A stretch of 64,000 nucleotides of DNA from Candidatus Woesearchaeota archaeon (GTDB taxonomy: Archaea; Nanobdellota; Nanobdellia; Pacearchaeales; GW2011-AR1), in NCBI GenBank assembly GCA_964490795.1, contig CAZBDY010000001.1, positions 24,806 through 88,805 of the forward strand, given 5' to 3'. Below are positions 20,880 to 31,934 of the stretch, in pieces (the first letter of the stretch is position 1; each line of letters starts with the position of its first letter). Below the pieces are notes generated by a model. The model saw nothing but the letters and a program-made list of their open reading frames with translations, made no database searches and was not told the origin of the DNA. The position numbers and the translations under genes are program-made.

Positions 20880-21060
20880 TAACTTGTTTTTTATTGTAAT
20901 CATTTTTAGATTCTAAATATTCAATTTTTTAAGCTATTTGGAACCTAGAAAAATTATCTAAGCAAATAATTTAAAAAGTTTAAACAGAAGTTTTGTAAAA
21001 GAGAAAATAAAATTTTTACCAATCAATAACATTTATTAATCTTATTTTATTTTTTCTTAT

Positions 21061-22764
21061 ATGAATACAAAACAACTGATTGTTGATTTAATTGAAAAAG
21101 AGACAAAATTAAAAAAACAAGAAATTAAAAATTTATTAGAAATTCCTCCAAAACCAGAGCTAGGAGATTACTCTTTACCTTGTTTTATTCTTGCTAAAAA
21201 ATTAAAAAAATCACCTGAACAAATAGCTTCTGAGATTTCAAAAAAATTAAAAAAAAGAACAAGAGATTTAGAAGAAATAGAAAATGTAGAATCATTTAAA
21301 GGATATGTTAATTTTCTAATTAATTTAAAAATTTTAGTTCAAGAAATTTTTGATAAAATAGATAATCACAAAACAGACAAGAAAAAGCATAAGATAATAA
21401 TTGACTTTTCAAGTCCTAATGTAGGAAAACCAATGCACATAGGACATATTCGTTCAACTATTTTAGGAGACAGCTTATTAAGGATTTTAGATTTTCAAGG
21501 ATATAATGTAAAGGGAATTAATTATTTAGGAGATATTGGCTTACATATTGGAAAATTAATAGTTGCTTATGAGTTATGGCTTAACAAACAAAAATTAAAA
21601 CAAAACCCAGTAAAAGAATTATTAAGATTATATGTGAAATTTAATGAAAAAGAAGGAACACAATATAAAGAAGGATTAGAAGAGGAATTTCAGGAAAATG
21701 AGTGGACACAAAAGGCAAAAGAAAAATTAGAATTATTAGAAAAAGGAGATAAAAAAGCACATAAAATTTGGCAAGAAATTCAAAAATATTCTAAAAAAGG
21801 GTTTAATGAAGTTTATAAAATTTTAAATGTAAATTTTCATAAAACAACAGGACAATCTTTATTTTCTGAAAAAGGGAAAAAAATAATTATAGAAAATCTA
21901 AAAAAAGGAAAAGCAAAAACACAACAAGATAATGCTGTTTTTGTTGATTTAAAAGAATTTAATCTTCCTAAAAAATATGTATTAAGAAAAAATGGGACAG
22001 CATCTTATATTACCCAAGATATAGGAGCGGCTGTTGAAAGATATAAAAATTATAAATTTGATAAAATGATTTATGTAACTGATTTTAGACAAGAGATACA
22101 TTTTAAACAGCTTTTCAAAATTTTAGAAAAATTTAATTATGGATTTTCAGATAAACTTTTTCATATTGGTTTTGGAACAGTTAATTTTGGAAAACAAATA
22201 ATGAAGACAAGAAAAGGAAAAATCATACTATTAAAAGATGTTTTAAATAAAACAATAGAAAAAGCAAAAAAAGAAATTAAAAAAAGAAAAACTTCTGGAA
22301 ATGCAAAAAAAGTAGGAACCGGAGCTTTAAAATATTCATTTTTAAAAAACATTCCTGAAAAAGATGTGAATTTCTCTTATGAAGAGGCATTAAATTTTGA
22401 AGGAAATACAGGCCCATATTTACAATATAGTTATGCAAGAGCTTCATCTATTTTAAGGAAATCTAAAAAAACAGCAAAATATAACCCAGGAAAAATAATA
22501 GAAATGGAAAAACAGGAAATCAAATTAATAAAAAAATTTGATGAATTTCCAGAAATTATAAATAAAGCAGAACAATTTTTAAACCCAAGTTTAATCTCTA
22601 ATTATTGTTTTGAATTAGCATCTAATTTTAATGAATTTTACTCTTTTTGCCCTGTTATTAATTCAGAAAAAGAAGAATTTAGATTAAAGATAGTTCAAGA
22701 GTTTAGAAAGATTTTATCTAAGTGTTTATATTTGTTAGGTATAGAAGTTATGGAAAGAATGTGA
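21061..22764 (+). CDS. argS: Arginine--tRNA ligase
   Basis: DFSSPNVGKPMHIGH, GNTGPYLQYSYAR, terminal ERM. Confidence 0.97.
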   Translation: MNTKQLIVDLIEKETKLKKQEIKNLLEIPPKPELGDYSLPCFILAKKLKKSPEQIASEISKKLKKRTRDLEEIENVESFKGYVNFLINLKILVQEIFDKIDNHKTDKKKHKIIIDFSSPNVGKPMHIGHIRSTILGDSLLRILDFQGYNVKGINYLGDIGLHIGKLIVAYELWLNKQKLKQNPVKELLRLYVKFNEKEGTQYKEGLEEEFQENEWTQKAKEKLELLEKGDKKAHKIWQEIQKYSKKGFNEVYKILNVNFHKTTGQSLFSEKGKKIIIENLKKGKAKTQQDNAVFVDLKEFNLPKKYVLRKNGTASYITQDIGAAVERYKNYKFDKMIYVTDFRQEIHFKQLFKILEKFNYGFSDKLFHIGFGTVNFGKQIMKTRKGKIILLKDVLNKTIEKAKKEIKKRKTSGNAKKVGTGALKYSFLKNIPEKDVNFSYEEALNFEGNTGPYLQYSYARASSILRKSKKTAKYNPGKIIEMEKQEIKLIKKFDEFPEIINKAEQFLNPSLISNYCFELASNFNEFYSFCPVINSEKEEFRLKIVQEFRKILSKCLYLLGIEVMERM

Positions 22765-22767
22765 TTA

Positions 22768-23922
22768 TTATTCTTCAGATTCTAAAGCAAGAAAAGCCCA
22801 CCAAGGTTTCTTTAACTTCACTTTAGCATCTTCATCCTCAGCATCTACTTCAGCTCTAACTTTCATTTTAGTTTTAAACAAACCAAGAATTCTTGCATGT
22901 CTTTCTGTCTGAACTTCATATTTTAATTCAACATTATTTCCTTCATCAGTTTCTTTTAATTCAATAGAACAATTATTACTCTTATTACAATTTCTTATTC
23001 TTAATCTGTTTAAAGCTTTTTCAGAAGCTGTATCTGGCATAACTTTAATTTCAGCATTTCTACCATTTGATAATCTTGCTCTTAATCTTGTTCTGTTTTG
23101 TTCTTGAAGTTCTTCTTGTTCAAGTTCTAAGCTAGTATTAACTTCTGTTTTCTCCATACTAATTGTAATCACATTCCCGCTTCTTCCAGCTTCAATTGTC
23201 ATTTCTCTTCCATTTTCAGTTGGACATGTAACAACAGCCCCACGACAAACACATCCTTCTGGACATTCTGACTCTTTTCTTTTCTGGTAAGGAACAAAAG
23301 TTGATGTTGTTCCTCTTGTTCTTGTTTTGTTTTGAGTTGTTATAGTGCTTTGATTTTCAGCGGGATTGGTTGTATTTTCCTCTCCAGAGCAGTCTGCTAA
23401 TAACTCACATTCACCATCAATACATACTTCATGAACATGCTGCCTTCCATCAGGACAAACCAACTCTATGCAATCATCATCACTTATGCATTCTCGGCTA
23501 TTATTTGTATTAGGACTACCACAATCTTTTTCACAGTTACAGGAGTTTTCATATTCTGAATCACAAACCCCATCACCACAAGCAAGACAAGTTCCAAAAC
23601 TGCCAACACTAAAAGCACAAACACCATTAACTATTTCAGTTGAAGAAAGAGAAGTACCTTCAATAAGTCCTTCACAACATTCATATCCTGGAGACATAGC
23701 TTCTCCTAATTCTACACAACTAAAATTCTCTACAAATTCACTTCCACATTCTCCATTATAAAAAGCCCATAACTCACAACTCTGATTAATATTAAAGATA
23801 CAGTGTGTTGAATTATAAGTATATCCCATATTTTCACAATAAATTGGGGCAGGATTAGGAATAGCTAATACTAAATTAATTAAAAAAATCCCTAAAATAA
23901 ATAAAACCATAACTTTTTTCAT
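22768..23922 (-). CDS. Secreted Cys-rich protein with N-terminal DUF333-like domain
   Basis: Signal peptide, PNPAPIYCENMG...CELWAFYNGEC, CGDGVC repeat, KKPWWAFLA tail. Confidence 0.75.
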   Translation of the reverse strand: MKKVMVLFILGIFLINLVLAIPNPAPIYCENMGYTYNSTHCIFNINQSCELWAFYNGECGSEFVENFSCVELGEAMSPGYECCEGLIEGTSLSSTEIVNGVCAFSVGSFGTCLACGDGVCDSEYENSCNCEKDCGSPNTNNSRECISDDDCIELVCPDGRQHVHEVCIDGECELLADCSGEENTTNPAENQSTITTQNKTRTRGTTSTFVPYQKRKESECPEGCVCRGAVVTCPTENGREMTIEAGRSGNVITISMEKTEVNTSLELEQEELQEQNRTRLRARLSNGRNAEIKVMPDTASEKALNRLRIRNCNKSNNCSIELKETDEGNNVELKYEVQTERHARILGLFKTKMKVRAEVDAEDEDAKVKLKKPWWAFLALESEE

Positions 23923-24040
23923 ATTTAAACAAATAACCTAATATTTAAAAACCTTTTCATATATCCCTCAAACCTTATATTTTTATACAACAATACTTAT
24001 ATACAATGTTTTTCTTTATTTATAGCGAGGGATTCAGAAA

Positions 24041-24673
24041 ATGAGAAAAACAGCAAGAGGATTGACTGCATTAGTTTCTGGCATTATGGTTGCTGCACTT
24101 CCTGGATGCAGTGGTGTTGCTTCTAAATTAGGTTACATGCCTGAGGAGGATTATCATAATGCTGTAACTGAAAGAGATAAATCAAGAAAAGAGTATAAAT
24201 CATTAAGTTCAGATTTAGAAACTACTAACAAAGAATTAACAAGTGAACAAGAAAAAGCAAAAAATCTTCAGATAGTTGTAAAAGAACAAATTCAACAAAT
24301 TGAGGGTTTAGAAAAAAGAAAGAAATACTGTATCCCCATTACAGTAGATGGAGTAAGACACGGGTGGGCAACACAAAAAGGGGCAAGGTTATATTATGAC
24401 TTCTTGGCAGAAATAGCAGAAGTTAGAGGACAATCTTTAACAAATATGGAAAAGAAATCTATCTTGCTTGCAACTGATTCCTATGATGGAAAAAGAGACG
24501 GAATTTTAACAGATGAATCAATAGAAGAAGCATATGGGAATTCTGCAGATGAAATCATAAGAAAATATGAAAAATTTATAGCAACCTATCTTCCTTCTGA
24601 AAAAGAAACTTCAGCAGGAATAGCAGGAGTTAAAGCAATGGGAGATGGAATCGAGCCAGGAAAAGAAAGATAA
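24041..24673 (+). CDS. Hypothetical lipoprotein with coiled coil
   Basis: Lipobox-like ALPG-C; GAGG RBS. Confidence 0.65.
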   Translation: MRKTARGLTALVSGIMVAALPGCSGVASKLGYMPEEDYHNAVTERDKSRKEYKSLSSDLETTNKELTSEQEKAKNLQIVVKEQIQQIEGLEKRKKYCIPITVDGVRHGWATQKGARLYYDFLAEIAEVRGQSLTNMEKKSILLATDSYDGKRDGILTDESIEEAYGNSADEIIRKYEKFIATYLPSEKETSAGIAGVKAMGDGIEPGKER

Positions 24674-24707
24674 CTAATCTTAAAAACCTGTTTCTAATTA
24701 AAATTTT

Positions 24708-25997
24708 ATGAAAGAAAATAGTTATGTATATTTTGAAACTTATGGATGTACAGCTAATCAAAATAATACTGAAATAATGAAATCTCTCTGCTTAGAATCA
24801 GGACTACAAACAACTTCTAATCTAAATATAGCTGATATAATAATTATTAATACATGCATAGTAAAAGGAAAAACAGAAAAAAAGATAGAAAGAAGAATTT
24901 ATGATTTGTTAAAAAATCAGAAAAACAAACCAATAATAGTTGCAGGCTGTATGCCAGAAGTAAGGAAAAACAAACTTCAAAATAAAAATCTTTATTTGTT
25001 AGGAACACATCATTTTAAAGAGATAACAAGATTAATTAAGGCAATAATAGAAAAAAAATATAATCAAGATTATTTTACTGATTTTAAAAATGAAGAAAAA
25101 TTGCTGACAGGAAAAATCCCTCAAAATTCTAAAATATCAATAATACAGATTTCAGAAGGCTGTCTTGGAAACTGCTCTTTTTGTTTAACAAGAAAAGCAA
25201 AAGGAAAATTATGTTCTTATTCACAAAAAAATATTTTAAACCAGATAAAATCAGATTTAAATTTTTGTAAAGAAATATGGATAACAAGTCAAGATAATGC
25301 CAGTTATGGATTAGATTCAGGAAAAAGAAAACTTCCTGAATTATTAAAAGAAATTTTAAAATTAAAAGGGAATTTTAAAATCCGTCTTGGAATGTCAAAT
25401 CCAGAAAATGTTCTTCCTATTTTAGATGAGCTAATTGAGATTTATAAAAACAAAAAAATGTATAAATTTCTTCATATTCCTATTCAATCTGGTTCAAATG
25501 AAATATTAAAAAAAATGAATAGAAAATATTGTATAAAAGATTTCTTAAAAATAGTTAGAAAATTTAAAAATAATTTTCCTAATTTAGTTTTATCAACTGA
25601 CATAATAGTTGGATTTCCACAAGAAACAGAAAAAGATTTTAGCAAAACTTTAGATATAATTAAAAAAACATCTCCTGACTTAATGAATATCTCAAGGTTT
25701 TGGGCAAGAAAAGGAACTAGAGCAGAAAAATTTAAACAAATCCCAGTAAATATAATTAAAAAAAGATTAGAAAAAATATTTAATTTACATAAAAAACAAT
25801 CTTTAGAAAATTATAAAAAATTATTAGGAAAAAAATTAAAATGTTTAGTTAGTCAAAAACAAGAAAACCAATTAATAGCAAGAGATGAAAGTTATAGAAT
25901 AATAATTTTAAACACAAATAAAAAATTATTAGGAAAAAAAGTTAATGTCAAGATAATCAAATCAGGAATACATTATTTAGTGGGAGAAGTTATTTGA
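24708..25997 (+). CDS. MiaB-family tRNA methylthiotransferase (archaeal MtaB/ms2t6A type)
   Basis: TYGCTAN, INTC, GCMP; radical SAM CLGNCSFC; C-terminal TRAM-like region. Confidence 0.92.
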   Translation: MKENSYVYFETYGCTANQNNTEIMKSLCLESGLQTTSNLNIADIIIINTCIVKGKTEKKIERRIYDLLKNQKNKPIIVAGCMPEVRKNKLQNKNLYLLGTHHFKEITRLIKAIIEKKYNQDYFTDFKNEEKLLTGKIPQNSKISIIQISEGCLGNCSFCLTRKAKGKLCSYSQKNILNQIKSDLNFCKEIWITSQDNASYGLDSGKRKLPELLKEILKLKGNFKIRLGMSNPENVLPILDELIEIYKNKKMYKFLHIPIQSGSNEILKKMNRKYCIKDFLKIVRKFKNNFPNLVLSTDIIVGFPQETEKDFSKTLDIIKKTSPDLMNISRFWARKGTRAEKFKQIPVNIIKKRLEKIFNLHKKQSLENYKKLLGKKLKCLVSQKQENQLIARDESYRIIILNTNKKLLGKKVNVKIIKSGIHYLVGEVI

Positions 25998-26802
25998 TTT
26001 TTTTAAACTGATTCCAAGCCAGCTCAAACATTTGTTCTAATGCTTGAGCAAAAAATTCAGTATTTATCCATATACCAATATCATAAGTAGGATGTATTTC
26101 TTTATCATCCATCAACATAAACATAACTTCTTTTGAATCAACAACAACAAATCTCGCCCTTAATCCATGCCCCTCCATATCTTTAACTTCAGCTACTTTT
26201 GATAATTGTTTTGCAATATTTTTATTATCTTTATCAACAGGAGCAGAGATTCTTATTTTTACTTTCCTTTTTTTAGCTTTTTCTAAACTTGGCATTAATG
26301 TCTCTAATTTTCTATTTAACCCATCTCTAGTTGTAACAATAGTAATAGTTTTTTCAGCTCCTCTTATCATCATATCTAAATGGTTGTATAAATTTTGTCT
26401 TCCTCTCATACTTCCACTTAAATCAGAAGGTTCAATATACTTAACACCATCCCCATATAAAGAAGACAGCTCTTCTAAAACTTCTTCTCCTTTTAATTTT
26501 TCAAGTCTTTTTGATTTTTCATCAGCTTGTTTAGATAAATTTCTTTTAACTCTTTCAATAACTTCTTCTGGTTTTAAAGCAACAAACTTAATTGGTTTTC
26601 CTAATTTCATAACAATAAATCCTCTTTTTTCTAAGCTCTCTAAAATATCATATGTTCTTGATCTAGGAACATCAGAAATATTACTTAACTCTCCGGCAGT
26701 TGCAACCCCTCGAGAAAGCAAAGCAGTCCAAACCTTTGATTCATATAAATTCAAATCAAAGATTTTTCTTATCCTGCTTAAAAATTCATCTTTAACAATC
26801 AT
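25990..26802 (-). CDS. TrmB-family transcriptional regulator
   Basis: LNLYESKVW...SDVPRSRTYDILESL HTH plus PLD-like C-terminal domain. Confidence 0.92.
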   Translation of the reverse strand: MIVKDEFLSRIRKIFDLNLYESKVWTALLSRGVATAGELSNISDVPRSRTYDILESLEKRGFIVMKLGKPIKFVALKPEEVIERVKRNLSKQADEKSKRLEKLKGEEVLEELSSLYGDGVKYIEPSDLSGSMRGRQNLYNHLDMMIRGAEKTITIVTTRDGLNRKLETLMPSLEKAKKRKVKIRISAPVDKDNKNIAKQLSKVAEVKDMEGHGLRARFVVVDSKEVMFMLMDDKEIHPTYDIGIWINTEFFAQALEQMFELAWNQFKKIK

Positions 26803-26836
26803 CTTATTTTATATTTCTTTATCTTTATAAACTTTT

Positions 26837-29653
26837 TTATATCTTTTTAAAGGTAACATACACTCTTTTTTCATTAATCTTAAACTCATCAGTATTTTTA
26901 AATGTTTCTTTCTTTTTTTCAGAAATTTTTAATTGACAAGCATTAACTCTTTTTTTCAAAAATTCTTCCTGGTTCTTTAACATGCTTTTTAATTTTTCAT
27001 CAACCATAATTTCAATTTTTATTTTATCTTCTTTAACCAATCCTGCTTTTTTCCTAGAGTTTTGAATTTTTCTTGCTATGCTTCTTGCATAACCCTCTGC
27101 TTCAAGCCCAGGAGTTAATGTTAAATCTAATTTAACTTTAACCTTTTTACCTTTTTTCACAATAACTTTTTTAACATTTAGCTGTCTTTTAATTATCTCT
27201 TTTAAATCTTTATTTAATCTAATATCAGAAACAACTTCAGCTTTTTTTAATGGCCATTTTAATCCCTTTCCTGCCTTATCTCTCTCCCTTAATCCAGCTT
27301 CTATAATCTCTAAAACTTTTTCTATCTGTTTTTCTAATTTTTTATTTATTTTCTTTTCATCTGGTTTTGGAAATGATGTTAAGTGAATTGATTCTTCTTT
27401 TACTATTTTTTCCTGTTTTAAATCCTGCCATATTTTTTCTGTTATGAATGGAGTGATAGGAGCCACTAATTTTATTAAATTAATATAAACTTTTTTCAAA
27501 ACATACTTTGCATTTTTGTCTTCACCCAATCTTTCTCTGACAAACTGAATATACCCTCTTGATAAGTCATTTAACCAGAAATCTTTCAAAGCTCTTGAAG
27601 CTAAATGAGGATGCAAATTTTCTAATTCTGAAATAACTTTTTTTATTAATGAATTTAATTTTGATAATATCCACTTATCTTCTATATTTAATTTCCTTCC
27701 TTCAGAATTTTCAATTAGCTTTGAGATATTAAATAAAATATTAATATTATTTGCTGGTTCTTTTAAAACATTAAATCCAAATCTTAGTTCTTGGCTTGGA
27801 TCTTGCAAACAATAAAACAACCTTAAAGGGCCTGCTCCTACTTTTTCAACAGCATCATCAAACCAAATAGCATTTCCTTTTGATTTGTGCATTTCTTCTC
27901 CTTTTTCATCTTTTAGTGTCTCATAACCAAACAATCTTTTGAAAGGAGCCTTTCCAGTTAAAACAACTGAACTCCAAAATAAAGCATTAAACCACCCCCT
28001 AAATTGTCCAGGCATATTTTCACTTATTAATTCAGCAGGGAACCATTTTTTCCAGTATTTTTTATTTTCTAGATAATTCAGAGTAGAAAAAGGGACAATT
28101 CCTGCATCTAACCATGCATCTCCTACATCTTTAATTCTTTTAACTTCTTTCCCACACTTTTCACATTTAATTTTAATTTCATCTACCCAAGGACGATGAA
28201 TTTCCGGCAAGTTATCAACTTTTTTCTTATTAATTGCTTTTTTCCTTAATTCTTTTAAACTTCCTATAACTTCGATATTCCCACATTCACATTCCCAAAT
28301 TGGAAGAGGGAAGCCCCAAAATCTTTTTCTCGAGATTAACCAATTCCCCATATTATTGAACCAGTCTTTTTGTCTTATTTTCCCATATTTAGGATACCAT
28401 TCAATCTTCTGATTTTCTTGTATCAATTTTTTTCTAAACTTTTCATCACATTTAATATACCATTCATCTACTAATCTAAAAACAAGTTCTTCACCACATC
28501 TCCAACAATGAGGATATCTATGAGGATAATTTTCAATTTTATATACAAATCTTCTTTTTTTTAAATCTTCTAAAACCAGGGAATTTACTTGAGAATGTTT
28601 TTTTAAACTAAACTCATCAAAACCAGAATTATAATTTCCTCCATCATCTAATGGAGAGATGCTGGGGAGATTTTCTTTTTTTCCTAATTCAAAATCTTCT
28701 GCCCCGCATCCAGGGGCAATATGAACAATTCCTGTTCCTTCTTCTTCAGAAGCCAAGTCCCATAATATAACTTTGTGAGGGGAATTTTTTTGTTGTTTTA
28801 AATTAGAATAAGGCATAAGATACTGTTTGTCTTTTAATTTTCTTCCTTTAACTTTTTTTATTATTTGATATTTCCCTTGTAGTTCATTCAATCTTCCTTT
28901 TGCAATCCAATAATAAACTCCCTCTTGTTCAACTTTGACATAATCTAGTTTTTCATTAACAGCAATAGCCACATTAGCAGGTACTGTCCAAGGAGTTGTT
29001 GTAAAAATTAAAAAATAAGTATTGTCTTCATTTTTAACAGGGAATTGCATAAACAATGCCTTATGAATAACTTCTTTATATCCTTCAGTCGCTATATCAT
29101 GTTTTGAGGAAGCTGTTCCGCATCTTCCACACCAAGGGACAACATCTTTTCCTTTGAAAATCCATCCCTTTTCAAAATATTTTTTCATTAAAAACCAATT
29201 ATGTAATTGATTAGAATCAGACATAGTGTAATAAGAATTATCCCAATCCATCCAATATCCAAGTTTTATGCTTTGTTGTTTTTGAATCTCTGAAAATTTT
29301 TCAACTCTTTTTCTGCAAGATTTTACAAATTTTAATATCCCAAATTTTTCAATGTCTTTCTTATTTTTCAATCCTAAATCTTTTTCTTCTCCTCTCTCTA
29401 CCCACAACCCCTGGCAGTCAAAACCGTTTTGATACCTTAAATTATATCCCTGCATTGCTTTAAATCTCTGAAATAAGTCTTTGTAAGTTCTTCCCCATGC
29501 ATGATGCACCCCCATTGGATTATTTGCTGTTATTGGACCATCAAGAAAACTCCAGTTCTTTCCATTAGAATTTTTTCCCTTTAGCTTTTCAAATATTTTT
29601 TTCTTTTCCCAAAATCTCAGAATTTCTTTTTCAACTTCTTGCGGATTATACAT
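26837..29653 (-). CDS. ileS: Isoleucine--tRNA ligase (type 2-like, GVHH variant)
   Basis: DGPITAN, GFDCQGL, TTTPWT, GTGIVHIAPG, WLISRKRFWG, QFRGWF; HIGH = GVHH, KMSKS = EMHKS. Confidence 0.95.
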   Translation of the reverse strand: MYNPQEVEKEILRFWEKKKIFEKLKGKNSNGKNWSFLDGPITANNPMGVHHAWGRTYKDLFQRFKAMQGYNLRYQNGFDCQGLWVERGEEKDLGLKNKKDIEKFGILKFVKSCRKRVEKFSEIQKQQSIKLGYWMDWDNSYYTMSDSNQLHNWFLMKKYFEKGWIFKGKDVVPWCGRCGTASSKHDIATEGYKEVIHKALFMQFPVKNEDNTYFLIFTTTPWTVPANVAIAVNEKLDYVKVEQEGVYYWIAKGRLNELQGKYQIIKKVKGRKLKDKQYLMPYSNLKQQKNSPHKVILWDLASEEEGTGIVHIAPGCGAEDFELGKKENLPSISPLDDGGNYNSGFDEFSLKKHSQVNSLVLEDLKKRRFVYKIENYPHRYPHCWRCGEELVFRLVDEWYIKCDEKFRKKLIQENQKIEWYPKYGKIRQKDWFNNMGNWLISRKRFWGFPLPIWECECGNIEVIGSLKELRKKAINKKKVDNLPEIHRPWVDEIKIKCEKCGKEVKRIKDVGDAWLDAGIVPFSTLNYLENKKYWKKWFPAELISENMPGQFRGWFNALFWSSVVLTGKAPFKRLFGYETLKDEKGEEMHKSKGNAIWFDDAVEKVGAGPLRLFYCLQDPSQELRFGFNVLKEPANNINILFNISKLIENSEGRKLNIEDKWILSKLNSLIKKVISELENLHPHLASRALKDFWLNDLSRGYIQFVRERLGEDKNAKYVLKKVYINLIKLVAPITPFITEKIWQDLKQEKIVKEESIHLTSFPKPDEKKINKKLEKQIEKVLEIIEAGLRERDKAGKGLKWPLKKAEVVSDIRLNKDLKEIIKRQLNVKKVIVKKGKKVKVKLDLTLTPGLEAEGYARSIARKIQNSRKKAGLVKEDKIKIEIMVDEKLKSMLKNQEEFLKKRVNACQLKISEKKKETFKNTDEFKINEKRVYVTFKKI

Positions 29654-29686
29654 TTTATTATTAACTAAATTTTATTTATAAATTTA

Positions 29687-29896
29687 TCATATTGCTGCTC
29701 TGAAAATTTCCCTATAATGAAGTTCTGCAAATCTCCTTAGGTCTAATTGTGTATCTCTCTCTTGATTTCTAAAGTACTTTCTGGCCCCATCGTATTTTCT
29801 ATTATCTACCAATTCTCTAAACATTTCTATTTTTCTTGCTCTCTCTTCTCCTAAATTCCTTACAACTTCATTGAGGGGCATAATTTTATCTGACAT
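29687..29896 (-). CDS. Small hypothetical protein
   Basis: ORF co-oriented between dph5 and ileS; start uncertain. Confidence 0.45.
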   Translation of the reverse strand: MSDKIMPLNEVVRNLGEERARKIEMFRELVDNRKYDGARKYFRNQERDTQLDLRRFAELHYREIFRAAI

Positions 29897-30019
29897 TGAA
29901 ATTTCCTGCAATCTCAGAAATAGAGATTGCAATTAAATAATAATAGACATAGCAATAGCTGAACAAATTCTCATTGAAAAATTATTTTCAGCCATAAACA
30001 TTGTTAGAATTAGCAGTTT

Positions 30020-30745
30020 TTAAATTTTTTCATTTAATATTTCTAAAGCTTCTTGTTCAGTAAAATGCAATTTTCCTGGGATAATTAAACAAAAAGGTTC
30101 CTTTATTTTTGCTTTTTTTAACTTATTTACAGTAGAATAATAGAACTTACTTTGAAAACCCATTCTTTCACAAACTACAATTTTATCTAATTTTACATTA
30201 TTTTTATCTTGTTTTATTGCTTGTTCTAATTGTTCTAAACATTTTTTTAATGACAACCCAATATCTATTAAAATTAAACTATGGGCAGAAATTTTCTTAT
30301 TATTTTTTATAATATTTAAAAAACCTAATGATTTTCCTTTTTGTTCCCATGAAGGCATACTTGTTATTTTTCCAAATTTATATAATTGTAACCCAGTTTC
30401 AGAAACAGCATCAAATATACTTGAATTATGTAAAATTTTATATTTAATCTTTCCCTTTTTACAGCTTAAAATTAAAGAAATATGGGTAGTTGCCATTAAA
30501 GGAGAGCCATAGACTAATAAAGTTATATCTTTACTTTTAGATTCTAATATTAATTTATCTGACTCTACTCCTTCTCTATTAACTTCTATAATTTTTTTAC
30601 CAAATATTTTTTCTAATTGATTTTTGTTATAAGGAAATTTAATAGTATAATTTTCTAAATAAACTTTATCAGCTTTTCTTATTGTTTCTAAAGCTTCTTT
30701 TCCTATACTTTCTAAATTTAATCCTAAACCAATTAAATAAAACAT
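30020..30745 (-). CDS. dph5: Diphthine synthase
   Basis: MFYLIGLGL, YLENYT, GSPLMATTH, GLQLYKFG, LHFTE. Confidence 0.95.
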   Translation of the reverse strand: MFYLIGLGLNLESIGKEALETIRKADKVYLENYTIKFPYNKNQLEKIFGKKIIEVNREGVESDKLILESKSKDITLLVYGSPLMATTHISLILSCKKGKIKYKILHNSSIFDAVSETGLQLYKFGKITSMPSWEQKGKSLGFLNIIKNNKKISAHSLILIDIGLSLKKCLEQLEQAIKQDKNNVKLDKIVVCERMGFQSKFYYSTVNKLKKAKIKEPFCLIIPGKLHFTEQEALEILNEKI

Positions 30746-30769
30746 AAGGAATTAAAAGTAAATTAATTT

Positions 30770-31366
30770 TTAATTGTTTCGTTCATTAATATAAACCAAG
30801 AACATTGCTAGAATTGCCCCAAGAAAATTAGCAACTAAGTCTAAACTAGTATTAATATATCCTCCTACACCTGTTTCAGGAACAATAACAGTTGCCAAAA
30901 ACTCAATTATCTCGTTCAATGCTCCTAATCCCAGTCCAGCGAGGATAACAATAAAGGAGAGAGATTTCCATGATTTGGTTGTTTTCAGATTTGGCTTGAT
31001 AATATAATAAGCTAAAAGCGTAGCAACACCAAAACCAACAATATGCACAAATTGGTCATATTTTAAAACAAAATAAGGTTCTCCTATTAAATTTAAAATA
31101 ACAATCTCATATAATTTTGTTCCAGAAATAAAAACACTTCCTCCAGCTAAATGAAGTAACCCCCATAAAGTCAGCCCCCATAAAACAAAATTAGGATAAT
31201 TTATTTTTTTGTTGCTAATTAAAATCAGAGAGAGAGCAAGAATAATCACCCCAATATAACCTATAAATTCATAATTTCTTTTAATAATAAAGATATAACT
31301 AAAAATTAAAATTATAATCAAGTTAATAATAAATATTTTTAACTGCCCCTTTTTTAAATTAAACAT
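30770..31366 (-). CDS. DUF2238-like membrane protein
   Basis: HLAGG, YDQFVH, NEIIEF, NTSLDL. Confidence 0.75.
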   Translation of the reverse strand: MFNLKKGQLKIFIINLIIILIFSYIFIIKRNYEFIGYIGVIILALSLILISNKKINYPNFVLWGLTLWGLLHLAGGSVFISGTKLYEIVILNLIGEPYFVLKYDQFVHIVGFGVATLLAYYIIKPNLKTTKSWKSLSFIVILAGLGLGALNEIIEFLATVIVPETGVGGYINTSLDLVANFLGAILAMFLVYINERNN

Positions 31367-31461
31367 AAACTCTCTAATTCTAATATATTTATAAATCTTG
31401 TTTAATGATTAACTTTATAAAATATACTCGCTTTATATATAAAATAAAAAGGAGGTAAAAA

Positions 31462-31665
31462 ATGGCAGAAAAATCATTTGTAGGAATTGTTATGTGGATT
31501 GTAGAAACTTTAGTTGCCTTAGCAGTAGGTTTTGCTATGACTGACGGAACATTAGAAGTCCCATACATACCATTGGTAGTGACTCAAGTTGCTGGTTGGA
31601 TTGTAGTTATTGGAATAATAATTGGAGTTATATCAGCAATAGTTCAAGGAATGGCTAAAGAATAA
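31462..31665 (+). CDS. Small two-TM protein
   Basis: Strong GGAGGT RBS, two hydrophobic helices. Confidence 0.75.
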   Translation: MAEKSFVGIVMWIVETLVALAVGFAMTDGTLEVPYIPLVVTQVAGWIVVIGIIIGVISAIVQGMAKE

Positions 31666-31685
31666 ACTTATTTATTTTTTATTTT

Positions 31686-31934
31686 TTATTTTTTTCTTAT
31701 TTTTTCATAACTTTTATATAAAGAAATTAAAGTTACTAAACAGACGAATATACTAAATATTGAAATTATTTTACTAAAAAATAAACTAATCAAAGAAATA
31801 ATAAAAAAGATAGAGATAATTAAAATAAACCACTTTCTTCCTTTTTCAAGTTCATCTTTTGTTAAGTAAGCTAATAAGTAACCTGCTGGAATTGCAAAAA
31901 AGATAATTAATATGCCTAAGATTATATTTATCAT
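31686..31934 (-). CDS. Small membrane protein
   Basis: TKDELEKGRKW between TMs; ATGA overlap with the integrase stop. Confidence 0.7.
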   Translation of the reverse strand: MINIILGILIIFFAIPAGYLLAYLTKDELEKGRKWFILIISIFFIISLISLFFSKIISIFSIFVCLVTLISLYKSYEKIRKK

